The position numbers were made by a program, and so were the translations under genes. Shown piece by piece: positions 13,201-26,746 of a DNA stretch of 64,000 bases; the first letter of the stretch is position 1, and each line of letters opens with the position of its first letter. A model generated the notes under the pieces. The model did not search any database. It was not told where the DNA came from and saw nothing but the letters and a program-made list of their open reading frames with translations. Location: NCBI GenBank assembly GCA_964016885.1, contig OZ024741.1, forward strand, positions 246,326,001 to 246,390,000. The letters run 5' to 3'. Source of the DNA: Eledone cirrhosa (taxonomy: Eukaryota).

Positions 13201-15225
13201 ACAAATTATCTCCCCCTGATTTTTTTACAAATTATCTCCCCCTGATTTTTTTTACAATCTCCGCCTGATTTTTTTAAAAATTATCTTCCCTTGGCTGGCT
13301 GGAAATTATCTCCCCTTGGACACTGGAAATTATAGCCCCTTGGAGGGCTGGAAATTATCTTCCCTTGGACGGCTGGAAATTATCTCCCCTTGATTTTTTT
13401 TACAAATTATCTCCGCCTGATTTTTTTTACAAATTATCTCCCCCTGATTTTTTTTTACAAATTATCTACCCCTGATTTTTTTTTACAAATTATCTCCCCC
13501 TGATTTTTTTTACAAATTATCTCCCCCTGATTTTTCTTTTACAAATTATCTCCCCCTGATTTTTTTACAAATTATCTCCCCCTGATTTTTTTTACAAATT
13601 ATCTCCGCCTGATTTTTTTAAATATTATCTTCCCTTGGCTGGCGGGAAATTATCTCCCCTTGGACGGCTGGAAATTATCTGCCCTTGATTTTCTTTTTAC
13701 AAATTATCTTCCACTGATTTTTTTTACAAATTATCTCCACCTGATTTTTTAAAAAATTATCTCCCCTTGGAAGGCTGGAAATTATCTCCCCTTGGACGGC
13801 TGGAAATTATCTCCCCTTGGACGGCTAGAAATTATCTCTCCTTGGACGGCTGAAAATTATCTCCCCTTGGACGGCTGCAAATTATCTCCCCTTGATTTTT
13901 TTTACAAATTATCTCCCCCTGATTTTTTTTACAAATTATCTCCCCCTGATTTTTTTTACAAATTATCTACCCCTGATTTTTTTTACAAATTATCTCCCCC
14001 TGATTTTTTTTTACAAATTATCTCCCCCTGATTTTTTTTTACAAATTATCTCCCCCTGATTTTTTTTTTACAAATTATCTCCCCCTGATTTTTTTACAAA
14101 TTATCTCCCCCTGATTTTTTTTACAATCTCCGCCTGATTTTTTTAAAAATTATCTTCCCTTGGCTGGCGGGAAATTATCTCCCCTTGGACGGCTGGAAAT
14201 TATCTCGCCTTGCACGGCTGGAAATTATCTCCCCTTGGCTGGAAATTATCTCCCCTTGGACGGCTAGAAATTATCTCTCTTTGGACGGCTGGAAATTATC
14301 TCCCTTTGATTTTTTTTACAAATTATCTCCCTCTGATTTTTTTTACAAATCTCCCCCTGATTTTTTTAAAAAAATTATCTCCCCTTCGCTGGCTGGAAAT
14401 TATCTTCCCTTGGACGGCTGGAAATTATCTCACCTTGATTTTTTTTACAAATTATCTCCGCCTGATTTTTTTTTAAAATTATCTCTCCTTGGACGGCTGG
14501 AAATTATCTCCCCTTGATTTTTTTTACAAATAATCTCCCCCTGATTTTTTTTTATAAATTATCTCCCCCTGATTTTTTTTTACAAATTATCTACCCCTGT
14601 TTTTTTTTACAAATTATCTCCCCCTGATTTTTTTTACAAATTATCTCCCCCTGATTTTTCTTTTACAAATTATCTCCCCCTGATTTTTCTTTTACAAATT
14701 ATCTCCCCCTGATTTTTTTACAAATTATCTCCCCCTGATTTTTTTTACAAATTGTCTCCGCCTGATTTTTTTAAATATTATCTTCCCTTGGCTGGCGGGA
14801 AATTACCTCCCCTTGGACGGCTGGAAATTATCTGCCCTTGATTTTCTTTTTACAAATTATCTTCCACTGATTTTTTTTACAAATTATCTCCACCTGATTT
14901 TTTAAAAAATTATCTCCCCTTGGAAGGCTGGAAATTATCTCCCCTTGGCTGGAAATTATCTCCCCTTGGACGGCTAGAAATTATCTCTCTTTGGACGGCT
15001 GGAAATTATCACCCCTTGAGTTTTTTACAAATTATCTCCCCCTGATTTTTTTTACAAATCTCCCAGTGATTTTTTAAAAAAAATTATCTCCCCTTCGCTG
15101 GCTGGAAATTATCTCCCCTTGGACGCTGGAAATTATAGCCCCTTGGAGGGCTGGAAATTATCTTCCCTTGGACGGCTGGAAATTATCTCCCCTTGATTTT
15201 TTTTACAAATTATCTCCCCCTGATT

Positions 15226-18200
15226 TTTTTTTACAAATTATTTCCGCCTGATTTTTTTTTACAAATTATCTCCCCCTGATTTTTTTTTACAAATTATCTA
15301 CCCCTGATTTTTTTTTACAAATTATCTCCCCCTGATTTTTTTTTACAAATTATCTACCCCTGATTTTTTTTACAAATTATCTCCCCCTGATTTTTTTTAC
15401 AAATTATCTCCCCCTGATTTTTTTTTTTACAAATTATCTCCCCCTGATTTTTTTACAAATTATCTCCCCCTGATTTTTTTTACAAATTATCTCCGCCGGA
15501 TTTTTTTAAATATTATCTTCCCTTGGCTGGCGGGAAATTATCTCCCCTTGGACGGCTGAAAATTATCTCCCCTTGGACGGCTGGAAATTATCTCCCCTTG
15601 ATTTTTTTTACAAATTATCTCCCCCTGACTTTTTTTTACAAATTATCTCCCCCTGATTTTTTTTACAAATTATCTCCCCCTGATTTTTTTACAAATTATC
15701 TCCCCTTGGCTGGCTGGAAATTACCTCCCCTTGTAGGCTGGAATTTATCTCCCCTTGGACGGCTAGAAATTACCTCTACTTGGACGGCTGGAAAATATGT
15801 CTCCTTGGACGGCTGGATATTATCTCCCCTTGGACGGCTGGAAATTATCTCCCCTTGGACGGCTGGAAATTATCTCCCCTTGATTTTTTTTACAAATTAT
15901 CTCCCCCTGATTTTTTTACAAATCTCCCAGTGATTTTTAAAAAAAAATTATCTTCCCTTCGCTGGCTGGAAATTATCTCCCCTTGGACGCTTGAAATTAT
16001 AGCCCCTTGGAGGGCTGGAAATTATCTTCCCTTGGACGGCTGGAAATTATCTCCCCTTGATTTTTTTTACAAATTATCTCCCCCTGATTTTTTTTTACAA
16101 ATTATCTCCCCCTGATTTTTTTTTACAACTTATCTGCGCCTGATTTTTTTAAAAAAATTATCTCCCCTTGGACGGCTGGAAATTATCTCCCCTTGGACGG
16201 CTGGAAATTATCTCTCCTTGGACGGCTAGAATTTACCTCTCCTTGGACGGCTGAAAATTATCTCCCCTTGGACGGCTGGAAATTATCTCCCCTTGATTTT
16301 TTTTACAAATTATCTCCCCCTGATTTTTTTTTACAAATTATCTCCCCCTGATTTTTTTTTACAAATTATCTCCCCCTGATTTTTTTTTACAAATTATCTC
16401 CCCCTGATTTTTTTTACAAATTATCTCCCCCTGATTTTTTTACAAATTATCTCCCCTTGGCTGGCTGGAAATTATCTCCCCTTGGAGGCTGGAACTTATC
16501 TCCCCTTGGACGGCTAGAAATTACCTCTCCTTGGACGGCTGAAAATTATCTCCCCTTGGACGGCTGGAAATTATCTCCCCTTGATTTTTTTACAAATTAT
16601 CTCCCCCTGATTTTTTTTTACAAATTATCTCCCCCTGATTTTTTTTTACAAATTATCTACCCCTGATTTTTTTTACAAATTATCTCCCCCTGATTTTTTT
16701 TTACAAATTATCTACCCCTGATTTTTTTTACAAATTATCTCCCCCCGATTTTTTTTACAAATTATCTCCCCTTGATTTTTTTTTTTACAAATTATCTCCC
16801 CCTGATTTTTTTACAAATTATCTCCCCCTGATTTTTTTTACAAATTATCTCCGCCGGATTTTTTTAAATATTATCTTCCCTTGGCTGGCGGGAAATTATC
16901 TCCCCTTGGACGGCTGAAAATTATCTCCCCTTGGACGGCTGGAAATTATCTCCCCTTGATTTTTTTTACAAATTATCTCCCCCTGATTTTTTTTTACAAA
17001 TTATCTCCCCCTGATTTTTTTACAAATTATCTCCCCTTGGCTGGCTGGAAATTACCTCCCCTTGTAGGCTGGAATTTATCTCCCCTTGGACGGCTAGAAA
17101 TTACCTCTCCTTGGACGGCTGGAAAATATGTCTCCTTGGACGGCTGGATATTATCTCCCCTTGGATGGCTGGAAATTATCTCCCCTTGGACGGCTGGAAA
17201 TTATCTCCCCTTGATTTTTTTTACAAATTATCTCCTCCTGATTTTTTTTACAAATCTCCCAATGATTTTTTAAAAAAAATTATCTCCCCTTCGCTGGCTG
17301 GAAATTATCTCCCCTTGGACGCTGGAAATTATAGCCCCTTGGAGGGCTGGAAATTATCTTCCCTTGGACGGCTGGAAATTATCTCCCCTTGATTTTTTTT
17401 ACAAATTATCTCCCCCTGATTTTTTTTTACAAATTATCTCCCCCTGATTTTTTTTTACAAATTATCTCCCCCTGATTTTTTATTTACAAATTATCTCCGC
17501 CTGATTTTTTTTTAAAAATTACCTCCCCTTGGACGGCTGGAAATTATCTCCCCTTGGACGGCTGGAAATTATCTCCCCTTGGACGGCTAGAAATTATCTC
17601 TCCTTGGACGGCTGAAAATTATCTCCCCTTGGACGGCTGCAAATTATCTCCCCTTGATTTTTTTTACAAATTATCTCCCCCTGATTTTTTTTACAAATTA
17701 TCTCCCCCTGATTTTTTTTACAAATTATCTACCCCTGATTTTTTTTACAAATTATCTCCCCCTGATTTTTTTTTACAAATTATCTCCCCCTGATTTTTTT
17801 TACAAATTATCTCCGCCTGATTTTTTTAAATATTATCTTCCCTTGGCTGGCGGGAAATTATCTCCCCTTGGACGGCTGGAAATTATCTGCCCTTGATTTT
17901 TTTTACAAATTATCTCCCCCTGATTTTTTTTTTACAAATTATCTCCCCCTAATTTTTTTTTACAAATTATCTCCCCCTGATTTTTTTTACAAATTATCTC
18001 CCTCTGATTTTTTTACAAATTATCTCCCCTTGGCTGGCTGGAAATTATCTCCCCTTGGACGGCTAGAAATTACCTCTCCTTGGACGGCTGGAAAATATGT
18101 CTCCTTGGACGGCTGGATATTATCTCCCCTTGGACGGCTGGAAATTATCTCCCCTTGGACGGCTGGAAATTATCTCCCCTTGGACGGATAGATATTACCT

Positions 18201-21200
18201 CCCCTTGGACGGCTGGAAATTATCTCCCCTTGATTTTTTTACAAATTATCTCCCCCTGATTTATTTTACAAATCTCCCAATGATTTTAAAAAAAAAATTA
18301 TCTCCCCTTCGCTGGCTGGAAATTATCTCCCCTTGGACGCTGGAAATTATAGCCCCTTGGAGGGCTGGAAATTATCTTCCCTTGGACGGCTGGAAATTAT
18401 CTCCCCTTGATTTTTTTTACAAATTATCTCCCCCTGATTTTTTTTACAAATTATCTCCCCCTGATTTTTTTTACAAATTATCTACCCCTGATTTTTTTTA
18501 CAAATTATCTCCCCCTGATTTTTTTTTACAAATTATCTCCCCCTGATTTTTTTTTACAAATTATCTCCCCCTGATTTTTTTACAAATTATCTCCCCCTGA
18601 TTTTTTTTACAATCTCCGCCTGATTTTTTTAAAAATTATCTTCCCTTGGCTGGCTGGAAATTATCTCCCCTTGGACACTGGAAATTATAGCCCCTTGGAG
18701 GGCTGGAAATTATCTTCCCTTGGACGGCTGGAAATTATCTCCCCTTGGACACTGGAAATTATAGCCCCTTGGAGGGCTGGAAATTATCTTCCCTTGGACG
18801 GCTGGAAATTATCTCCCCTTGATTTTTTTTACAAATTATCTCCGCCTGATTTTTTTTTACAAATTATCTCCCCCTGATTTTTTTTTACAAATTATCTACC
18901 CCTGATTTTTTTTTACAAATTATCTCCCCCTGATTTTTTTTACAAATTATCTCCCCCTGATTTTTCTTTTACAAATTATCTCCCCCTGATTTTTTTACAA
19001 ATTATCTCCCCCTGATTTTTTTTACAAATTATCTCCGCCTGATTTTTTTAAATATTATCTTCCCTTGGCTGGCGGGAAATTATCTCCCCTTGGACGGCTG
19101 GAAATTATCTGCCCTTGATTTTCTTTTTACAAATTATCTTCCACTGATTTTTTTTACAAATTATCTCCACCTGATTTTTTAAAAAATTATCTCCCCTTGG
19201 AAGGCTGGAAATTATCTCCCCTTGGACGGCTGGAAATTATCTCCCCTTGGACGGCTAGAAATTATCTCTCCTTGGACGGCTGAAAATTATCTCCCCTTGG
19301 ACGGCTGCAAATTATCTCCCCTTGATTTTTTTTACAAATTATCTCCCCCTGATTTTTTTTACAAATTATCTCCCCCTGATTTTTTTTACAAATTATCTAC
19401 CCCTGATTTTTTTTACAAATTATCTCCCCCTGATATTTTTTTACAAATTATCTCCCCCTGATTTTTTTTTACAAATTATCTCCCCCTGATTTTTTTTTTA
19501 CAAATTATCTCCCCCTGATTTTTTTACAAATTATCTCCCCCTGATTTTTTTTACAATCTCCGCCTGATTTTTTTAAAAATTATCTTCCCTTGGCTGGCGG
19601 GAAATTATCTCCCCTTGGACGGCTGGAAATTATCTCCCCTTGGAAGGATGGAAATTATCTCCCCTTGGACGGCTGGAAATTATCTCCCCTTGCACGGCTG
19701 GAAATTATCTCCCCTTGGCTGGAAATTATCTCCCCTTGGACGGCTAGAAATTATCTCTCTTTGGACGGCTGGAAATTATCTCCCTTTGATTTTTTTTACA
19801 AATTATCTCCCTCTGATTTTTTTTACAAATCTCCCCCTTATTTTTTTAAAAAAATTATCTCCCCTTCGCTGGCTGGAAATTATCTTCCCTTGGACGGCTG
19901 GAAATTATCTCACCTTGATTTTTTTTACAAATTATCTCCGCCTGATTTTTTTTTAAAATTATCTCTCCTTGGACGGCTGGAAATTATCTCCCCTTGATTT
20001 TTTTTACAAATAATCTCCCCCTGATTTTTTTTTATAAATTATCTTGGACGGCTGGAAATTATCTCCCCTTGGACGGCTAGAAATTACCTCTCCTTGGACG
20101 GCTGAAAATTATCTCCCCTTGGACGGCTGGAAATTATCTCCCCTTGATTTTTTTACAAATTATCTCCCCCTGATTTTTTTTTTACAAATTATCTCCCCCT
20201 GATTTTTTTTTACAAATTATCTACCCCTGATTTTTTTTTACAAATTATCTCCCCCTGATTTTTTTTTACAAATTATCTACCCCTGATTTTTTTTACAAAT
20301 TATCTCCCCCTGATTTTTTTTACAAATTATCTCCCCCTGATTTTTTTTTTTACAAATTATCTCCCCCTGATTTTTTTACAAATTATCTCCCCCTGATTTT
20401 TTTTACAAATTATCTCCGCCGGATTTTTTTAAATATTATCTTCCCTTGGCTTGCGGGAAATTATCTCCCCTTGGACGGCTGAAAATTATCTCCCCTTGGA
20501 CGGCTGGAAATTATCTCCCCTTGATTTTTTTTACAAATTATCTCCCCCTGATTTTTTTTTACAAATTATCTCCCCCTGATTTTTTTTACAAATTATCTCC
20601 CCCTGATTTTTTTTTACAAATTATCTCCCCCTGATTTTTTTTACAAATTATCTCCCCCTGATTTTTTTTACAAATTATCTCCCCCTGATTTTTTTTTACA
20701 AATTATCTCCCCCTGATTTTTTTACAAATTATCCCCCCCTGATTTTTTTTACAAATTATCTCCGCCTGATTTTTTAAAATATTATCTTCCCTTGGCTGGC
20801 GGGAAATTATCTCCCCTTGGACGGCTGGAAATTATCTGCCCTTGATTTTCTTTTTACAAATTAACTTCCACTGATTTTTTTTACAAATTATCTCCCCTGA
20901 TTTTTTTAAAAATTATCTCCCCTTGGAAGGCTGGAAATTATCTCCCCTTGGCTGGAAATTATCTCCCCTTGGACGGCTAGAAATTATCTCTCTTTGGACG
21001 GCTGGAAATTATCACCCCTTGAGTTTTTTACAAATTATCTCCCCCTGATTTTTTTTACAAATCTCCCAGTGATTTTTAAAAAAAAATTATCTTCCCTTCG
21101 CTGGCTGGAAATTATCTCCCCTTGGACGCTGGAAATTATAGCCCCTTGGAGGGCTGGAAATTATCTTCCCTTGGACGGCTGGAAATTATCTCCCCTTGAT

Positions 21201-24200
21201 TTTTTTTACAAATTATCTCCCCCTGATTTTTTTTTACAAATTATCTCCCCCTGATTTTTTTTTACAACTTATCTGCGCCTGATTTTTTTAAAAAAATTAT
21301 CTCTCCTTGGACGGCTGGAAATTATCTACCCTTGGACGGCTGGAAATTATCTCTCCTTGGACGGCTAGAATTTACCTCTCCTTGGACGGCTGAAAATTAT
21401 CTCCCCTTGGACGGCTGGAAATTATCTCCCCTTGATTTTTTTTACAAATTATCTCCCCCTGATTTTTTTTTACAAATTATCTCCCCCTGATTTTTTTTTA
21501 CAAATTATCTCCCCCTGATTTTTTTTTACAAATTATCTCCCCCTGATTTTTTTTACAAATTATCTCCCCCTGATTTTTTTTTACAAATTATCTCCCCCTG
21601 ATTTTTTTTTACAAATTATCTCCCCCTGATTTTTTTTTACAAATTATCTCCCCCTGATTTTTTTTTACAAATTATCTCCCCCTGATTTTTTTTACAAATT
21701 ATCTCCCCCTGATTTTTTTTTACAAATTATCTCCGCCTGATTTTTTTTTAAAAATTACCTCCCCTTGGACGGCTGGAAATTATCTCCCCTTGGACGGCTG
21801 GAAATTATCTCCCCTTGGACGGCTAGAAATTATCTCTCCTTGGACGGCTGAAAATTATCTCCCCTTGGACGGCTGCAAATTATCTCCCCTTGATTTTTTT
21901 TACAAATTATCTCCCCCTGATTTTTTTTACAAATTATCTCCCCCTGATTTTTTTTACAAATTATCTACCCCTGATTTTTTTTACAAATTATCTCCCCCTG
22001 ATTTTTTTTTACAAATTATCTCCCCCTGATTTTTTTTTACAAATTATCTCCCCCTGATTTTTCTTTTACAAATTATCTCCCCCTGATTTTTTTACAAAGT
22101 ATCTCCCCCTGATTTTTTTTACAATCTCCGCCTGATTTTTTTAAAAATTATCTTCCCTTGGCTGGCGGGAAATTATCTCCCCTTGGACGGCTGGAAATTA
22201 TCTCCCCTTGGAAGGATGGAAATTATCTCCCCTTGGACGGCTGGAAATTATCTCCCCTTGCACGGCTGGAAATTATCTCCCCTTGGACGGCTAGAAATTA
22301 TCTCTCTTTGGACGGCTGGAAATTATCTCCCTTTGATTTTTTTTACAAATTATCTCCCTCTGATTTTTTTTACAAATCTCCCCCTGATTTTTTAAAAAAA
22401 ATTATCTCCCCTTCGCTGGCTGGAAATTATCTCCCCTTGGACACTGGAAATTATAGCCCCTTGGAGGGCTGGAAATTATCTTCCCTTGGACGGCTGGAAA
22501 TTATCTCCCCCTGATTTTTTTAACAAATTATCTCCGCCTTATTTTTTTTAAAAATTATCTCTCCTTGGACGGCTGGAAATTATCTCCCCTTGATTTTTTT
22601 TACAAATAATCTCCCCCTGATTTTTTTTTACAAATTATCTCCCCTTGATTTTTTTTTACAAATTATCTACCCCTGATTTTTTTTTACAAATTATCTCCCC
22701 CTGATTTTTTACAAATTATCTCCCCCTGATTTTTCTTTTACAAATTATCTCCCCCTGATTTTTTTTACAAATTATCTCCGCCTGATTTTTTTAAATATTA
22801 TCTTCCCTTGGCTGGCGGGAAATTATCTCCCCTTGGACGGCTGGAAATTATCTGCCCTTGATTTTCTTTTTACAAATTATCTTCCACTGATTTTTTTTAC
22901 AAATTATCTCCACCTGATTTTTTAAAAAATTATCTCCCCTTGGAAGGCTGGAAATTATCTCCCCTTGGCTGGAAATTATCTCCCCTTGGACGGCTAGAAA
23001 TTATCTCTCTTTGTACGGCTGGAAATTATCACCCCTTGAGTTTTTTACAAATTATCTCCCCCTGATTTTTTTTACAAATCTCCCAGTGTTTTTAAAAAAA
23101 AATTATCTCCCCTTCGCTGGCTGGAAATTATCTCCCCTTGGACGCTGGAAATTATAGCCCCTTGGAGGGCTGGAAATTATCTTCCCTTGGACGGCTGGAA
23201 ATTATCTCCCCTTGATTTTTTTTACAAATTATCTCCCCCTGATTTTTTTTTACAAATTATCTCCCCCTGATTTTTTTTTACAACTTATCTGCGCCTGATT
23301 TTTTAAAAAAAATTATCTTCCCTTGGACGGCTGGAAATTATCTCCCCTTGGACGGCTGGAAATTATCTCTCCTTGGACGGCTAGAATTTACCTCTCTTTG
23401 GACGGCTGAAAATTATCTCCCCTTGGACGGCTGGAAATTATCTCCCCTTGATTTTTTTTACAAATTATCTCCCCCTGATTTTTTTTTACAAATTATCTCC
23501 CCCTGATTTTTTTTTACAAATTATCTCCCCCTGATTTTTTTTTACAAATTATCTCCCCCTGATTTTTTTTACAAATTATCTCCCCCTGATTTTTTTACAA
23601 ATTATCTCCCCTTGGCTGGTTGGAAATTATCTCCCCTTGGAGGCTGGAACTTATGTCCCCTTGGACGGCTAGAAATTACCTCTCCTTGGACGGCTGGAAA
23701 ATATGTCTCCTTGGACGGCTGGATATTATCTCCCCTTGGACGGCTGGAAATTATCTCCCCTTGGACGGCTGGAAATTATCTCCCCTTGGATGGCTAGATA
23801 TTACCTCCCCTTGGACGGCTGGAAATTATCTCCCCTTGATTTTTTTTACAAATTATCTCCCCCTGATTTTTTTTTACAAATTATCTCCCCCTGATTTTTT
23901 TTTACAAATTATCTCCCCCTGATTTTTGTTTACAAATTATCTCCGCCTGATTTTTTTTTTAAAATTATCTCCCCTTGGACGGCTGGAAATTATCTCCCCT
24001 TGGACGGCTAGAAATTACCTATCCTTGGACGGCTGAAAATTATCTCCCCTTGGACGGCTGGAAATTATCTCCCCTTGATTTTTTTTACAAATTATCTCCC
24101 CCTGATTTTTTTTACAAATTATCTCCCCCTGATTTTTTTACAAATTATCTCCCCCTGATTTTTTTTTACAAATTATCTCCCCCTGATTTTTTTTACAAAT

Positions 24201-26746
24201 TATCTCCCTCTGATTTTTTTACAAATTATCTCCCCTTGGCTGGCTGGAAATTATCTCCCCTTGGACGGCTAGAAATTACCTCTCCTTGGACGGCTGGAAA
24301 ATATGTCTCCTTGGACGGCTGGATATTATCTCCCCTTGGACGGCTGGAAATTATCTCCCCTTGGACGGCTGGAAATTATCTCCCCTTGGACGGATAGATA
24401 TTACCTCCCCTTGGACGGCTGGAAATTATCTCCCCTTGATTTTTTTACAAATTATCTCCCCCTGATTTATTTTACAAATCTCCCAATGATTTTAAAAAAA
24501 AATTATCTCCCCTTCGCTGGCTGGAAATTATCTCCCCTTGGACGCTGGAAATTATAGCCCCTTGGAGGGCTGGAAATTATCTTCCCTTGGACGGCTGGAA
24601 ATTATCTCCCCTTGATTTTTTTTACAAATTATCTCCCCCTGATTTTTTTTACAAATTATCTCCCCCTGATTTTTTTTACAAATTATCTCCCCCTGATTTT
24701 TTTTTACAAATTATCTCCCCCTGATTTTTTTACAAATTATCTCCCCCTGATTTTTTTTACAATCTCCGCCTGATTTTTTTAAAAATTATCTTCCCTTGGC
24801 TGGCTGGAAATTATCTCCCCTTGGACACTGGAAATTATAGCCCCTTGGAGGGCTGGAAATTATCTTCCCTTGGACGGCTGGAAATTATCTCCCCTTGATT
24901 TTTTTTACAAATTATCTCCGCCTGATTTTTTTTACAAATTATCTCCCCCTGATTTTTTTTTACAAATTATCTACCCCTGATTTTTTTTTACAAATTATCT
25001 CCCCCTGATTTTTTTTACAAATTATCTCCCCCTGATTTTTCTTTTACAAATTATCTCCCCCTGATTTTTTTACAAATTATCTCCCCCTGATTTTTTTTAC
25101 AAATTATCTCCGCCTGATTTTTTTAAATATTATCTTCCCTTGGCTGGCGGGAAATTATCTCCCCTTGGACGGCTGGAAATTATCTGCCCTTGATTTTCTT
25201 TTTACAAATTATCTTCCACTGATTTTTTTTACAAATTATCTCCACCTGATTTTTTAAAAAATTATCTCCCCTTGGAAGGCTGGAAATTATCTCCCCTTGG
25301 ACGGCTGGAAATTATCTCCCCTTGGACGGCTAGAAATTATCTCTCCTTGGACGGCTGAAAATTATCTCCCCTTGGACGGCTGCAAATTATCTCCCCTTGA
25401 TTTTTTTTACAAATTATCTCCCCCTGATTTTTTTTACAAATTATCTCCCCCTGATTTTTTTTACAAATTATCTACCCCTGATTTTTTTTACAAATTATCT
25501 CCCCCTGATTTTTTTTTACAAATTATCTCCCCCTGATTTTTTTTTACAAATTATCTCCCCCTGATTTTTTTTTTACAAATTATCTCCCCCTGATTTTTTT
25601 ACAAATTATCTCCCCCTGATTTTTTTTACAATCTCCGCCTGATTTTTTTAAAAATTATCTTCCCTTGGCTGGCGGGAAATTATCTCCCCTTGGACGGCTG
25701 GAAATTATCTCGCCTTGCACGGCTGGAAATTATCTCCCCTTGGCTGGAAATTATCTCCCCTTGGACGGCTAGAAATTATCTCTCTTTGGACGGCTGGAAA
25801 TTATCTCCCTTTGATTTTTTTTACAAATTATCTCCCTCTGATTTTTTTTACAAATCTCCCCCTGATTTTTTTAAAAAAATTATCTCCCCTTCGCTGGCTG
25901 GAAATTATCTTCCCTTGGACGGCTGGAAATTATCTCACCTTGATTTTTTTTACAAATTATCTCCGCCTGATTTTTTTTTAAAATTATCTCTCCTTGGACG
26001 GCTGGAAATTATCTCCCCTTGATTTTTTTTACAAATAATCTCCCCCTGATTTTTTTTTATAAATTATCTCCCCCTGATTTTTTTTTACAAATTATCTACC
26101 CCTGTTTTTTTTTACAAATTATCTCCCCCTGATTTTTTTTACAAATTATCTCCCCCTGATTTTTCTTTTACAAATTATCTCCCCCTGATTTTTCTTTTAC
26201 AAATTATCTCCCCCTGATTTTTTTACAAATTATCTCCCCCTGATTTTTTTTACAAATTGTCTCCGCCTGATTTTTTTAAATATTATCTTCCCTTGGCTGG
26301 CGGGAAATTACCTCCCCTTGGACGGCTGGAAATTATCTGCCCTTGATTTTCTTTTTACAAATTATCTTCCACTGATTTTTTTTACAAATTATCTCCACCT
26401 GATTTTTTAAAAAATTATCTCCCCTTGGAAGGCTGGAAATTATCTCCCCTTGGCTGGAAATTATCTCCCCTTGGACGGCTAGAAATTATCTCTCTTTGGA
26501 CGGCTGGAAATTATCACCCCTTGAGTTTTTTACAAATTATCTCCCCCTGATTTTTTTTACAAATCTCCCAGTGATTTTTTAAAAAAAATTATCTCCCCTT
26601 CGCTGGCTGGAAATTATCTCCCCTTGGACGCTGGAAATTATAGCCCCTTGGAGGGCTGGAAATTATCTTCCCTTGGACGGCTGGAAATTATCTCCCCTTG
26701 ATTTTTTTTACAAATTATCTCCCCCTGATTTTTTTTTACAAATTAT
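15226..26746. repeat. 11,505-bp higher-order repeat, copy 2
   Basis: Constant +11,505 offset from copy 1. The match breaks at 26747 (C, versus T at 15242). Confidence 0.95.

Larger units (their letters stand above)
3721..15225. repeat. 11,505-bp higher-order repeat, copy 1
   Basis: Every ORF-track entry from 4018 to 14210 recurs with identical translation at exactly +11,505 (4018/15523, 8085/19590, 14185/25690). Rare variants also recur: aattatttccgcc (~3731/15236), aaattatcttggacgg (8531/20036) and aaagtatc (10591/22096). Confidence 0.95.
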
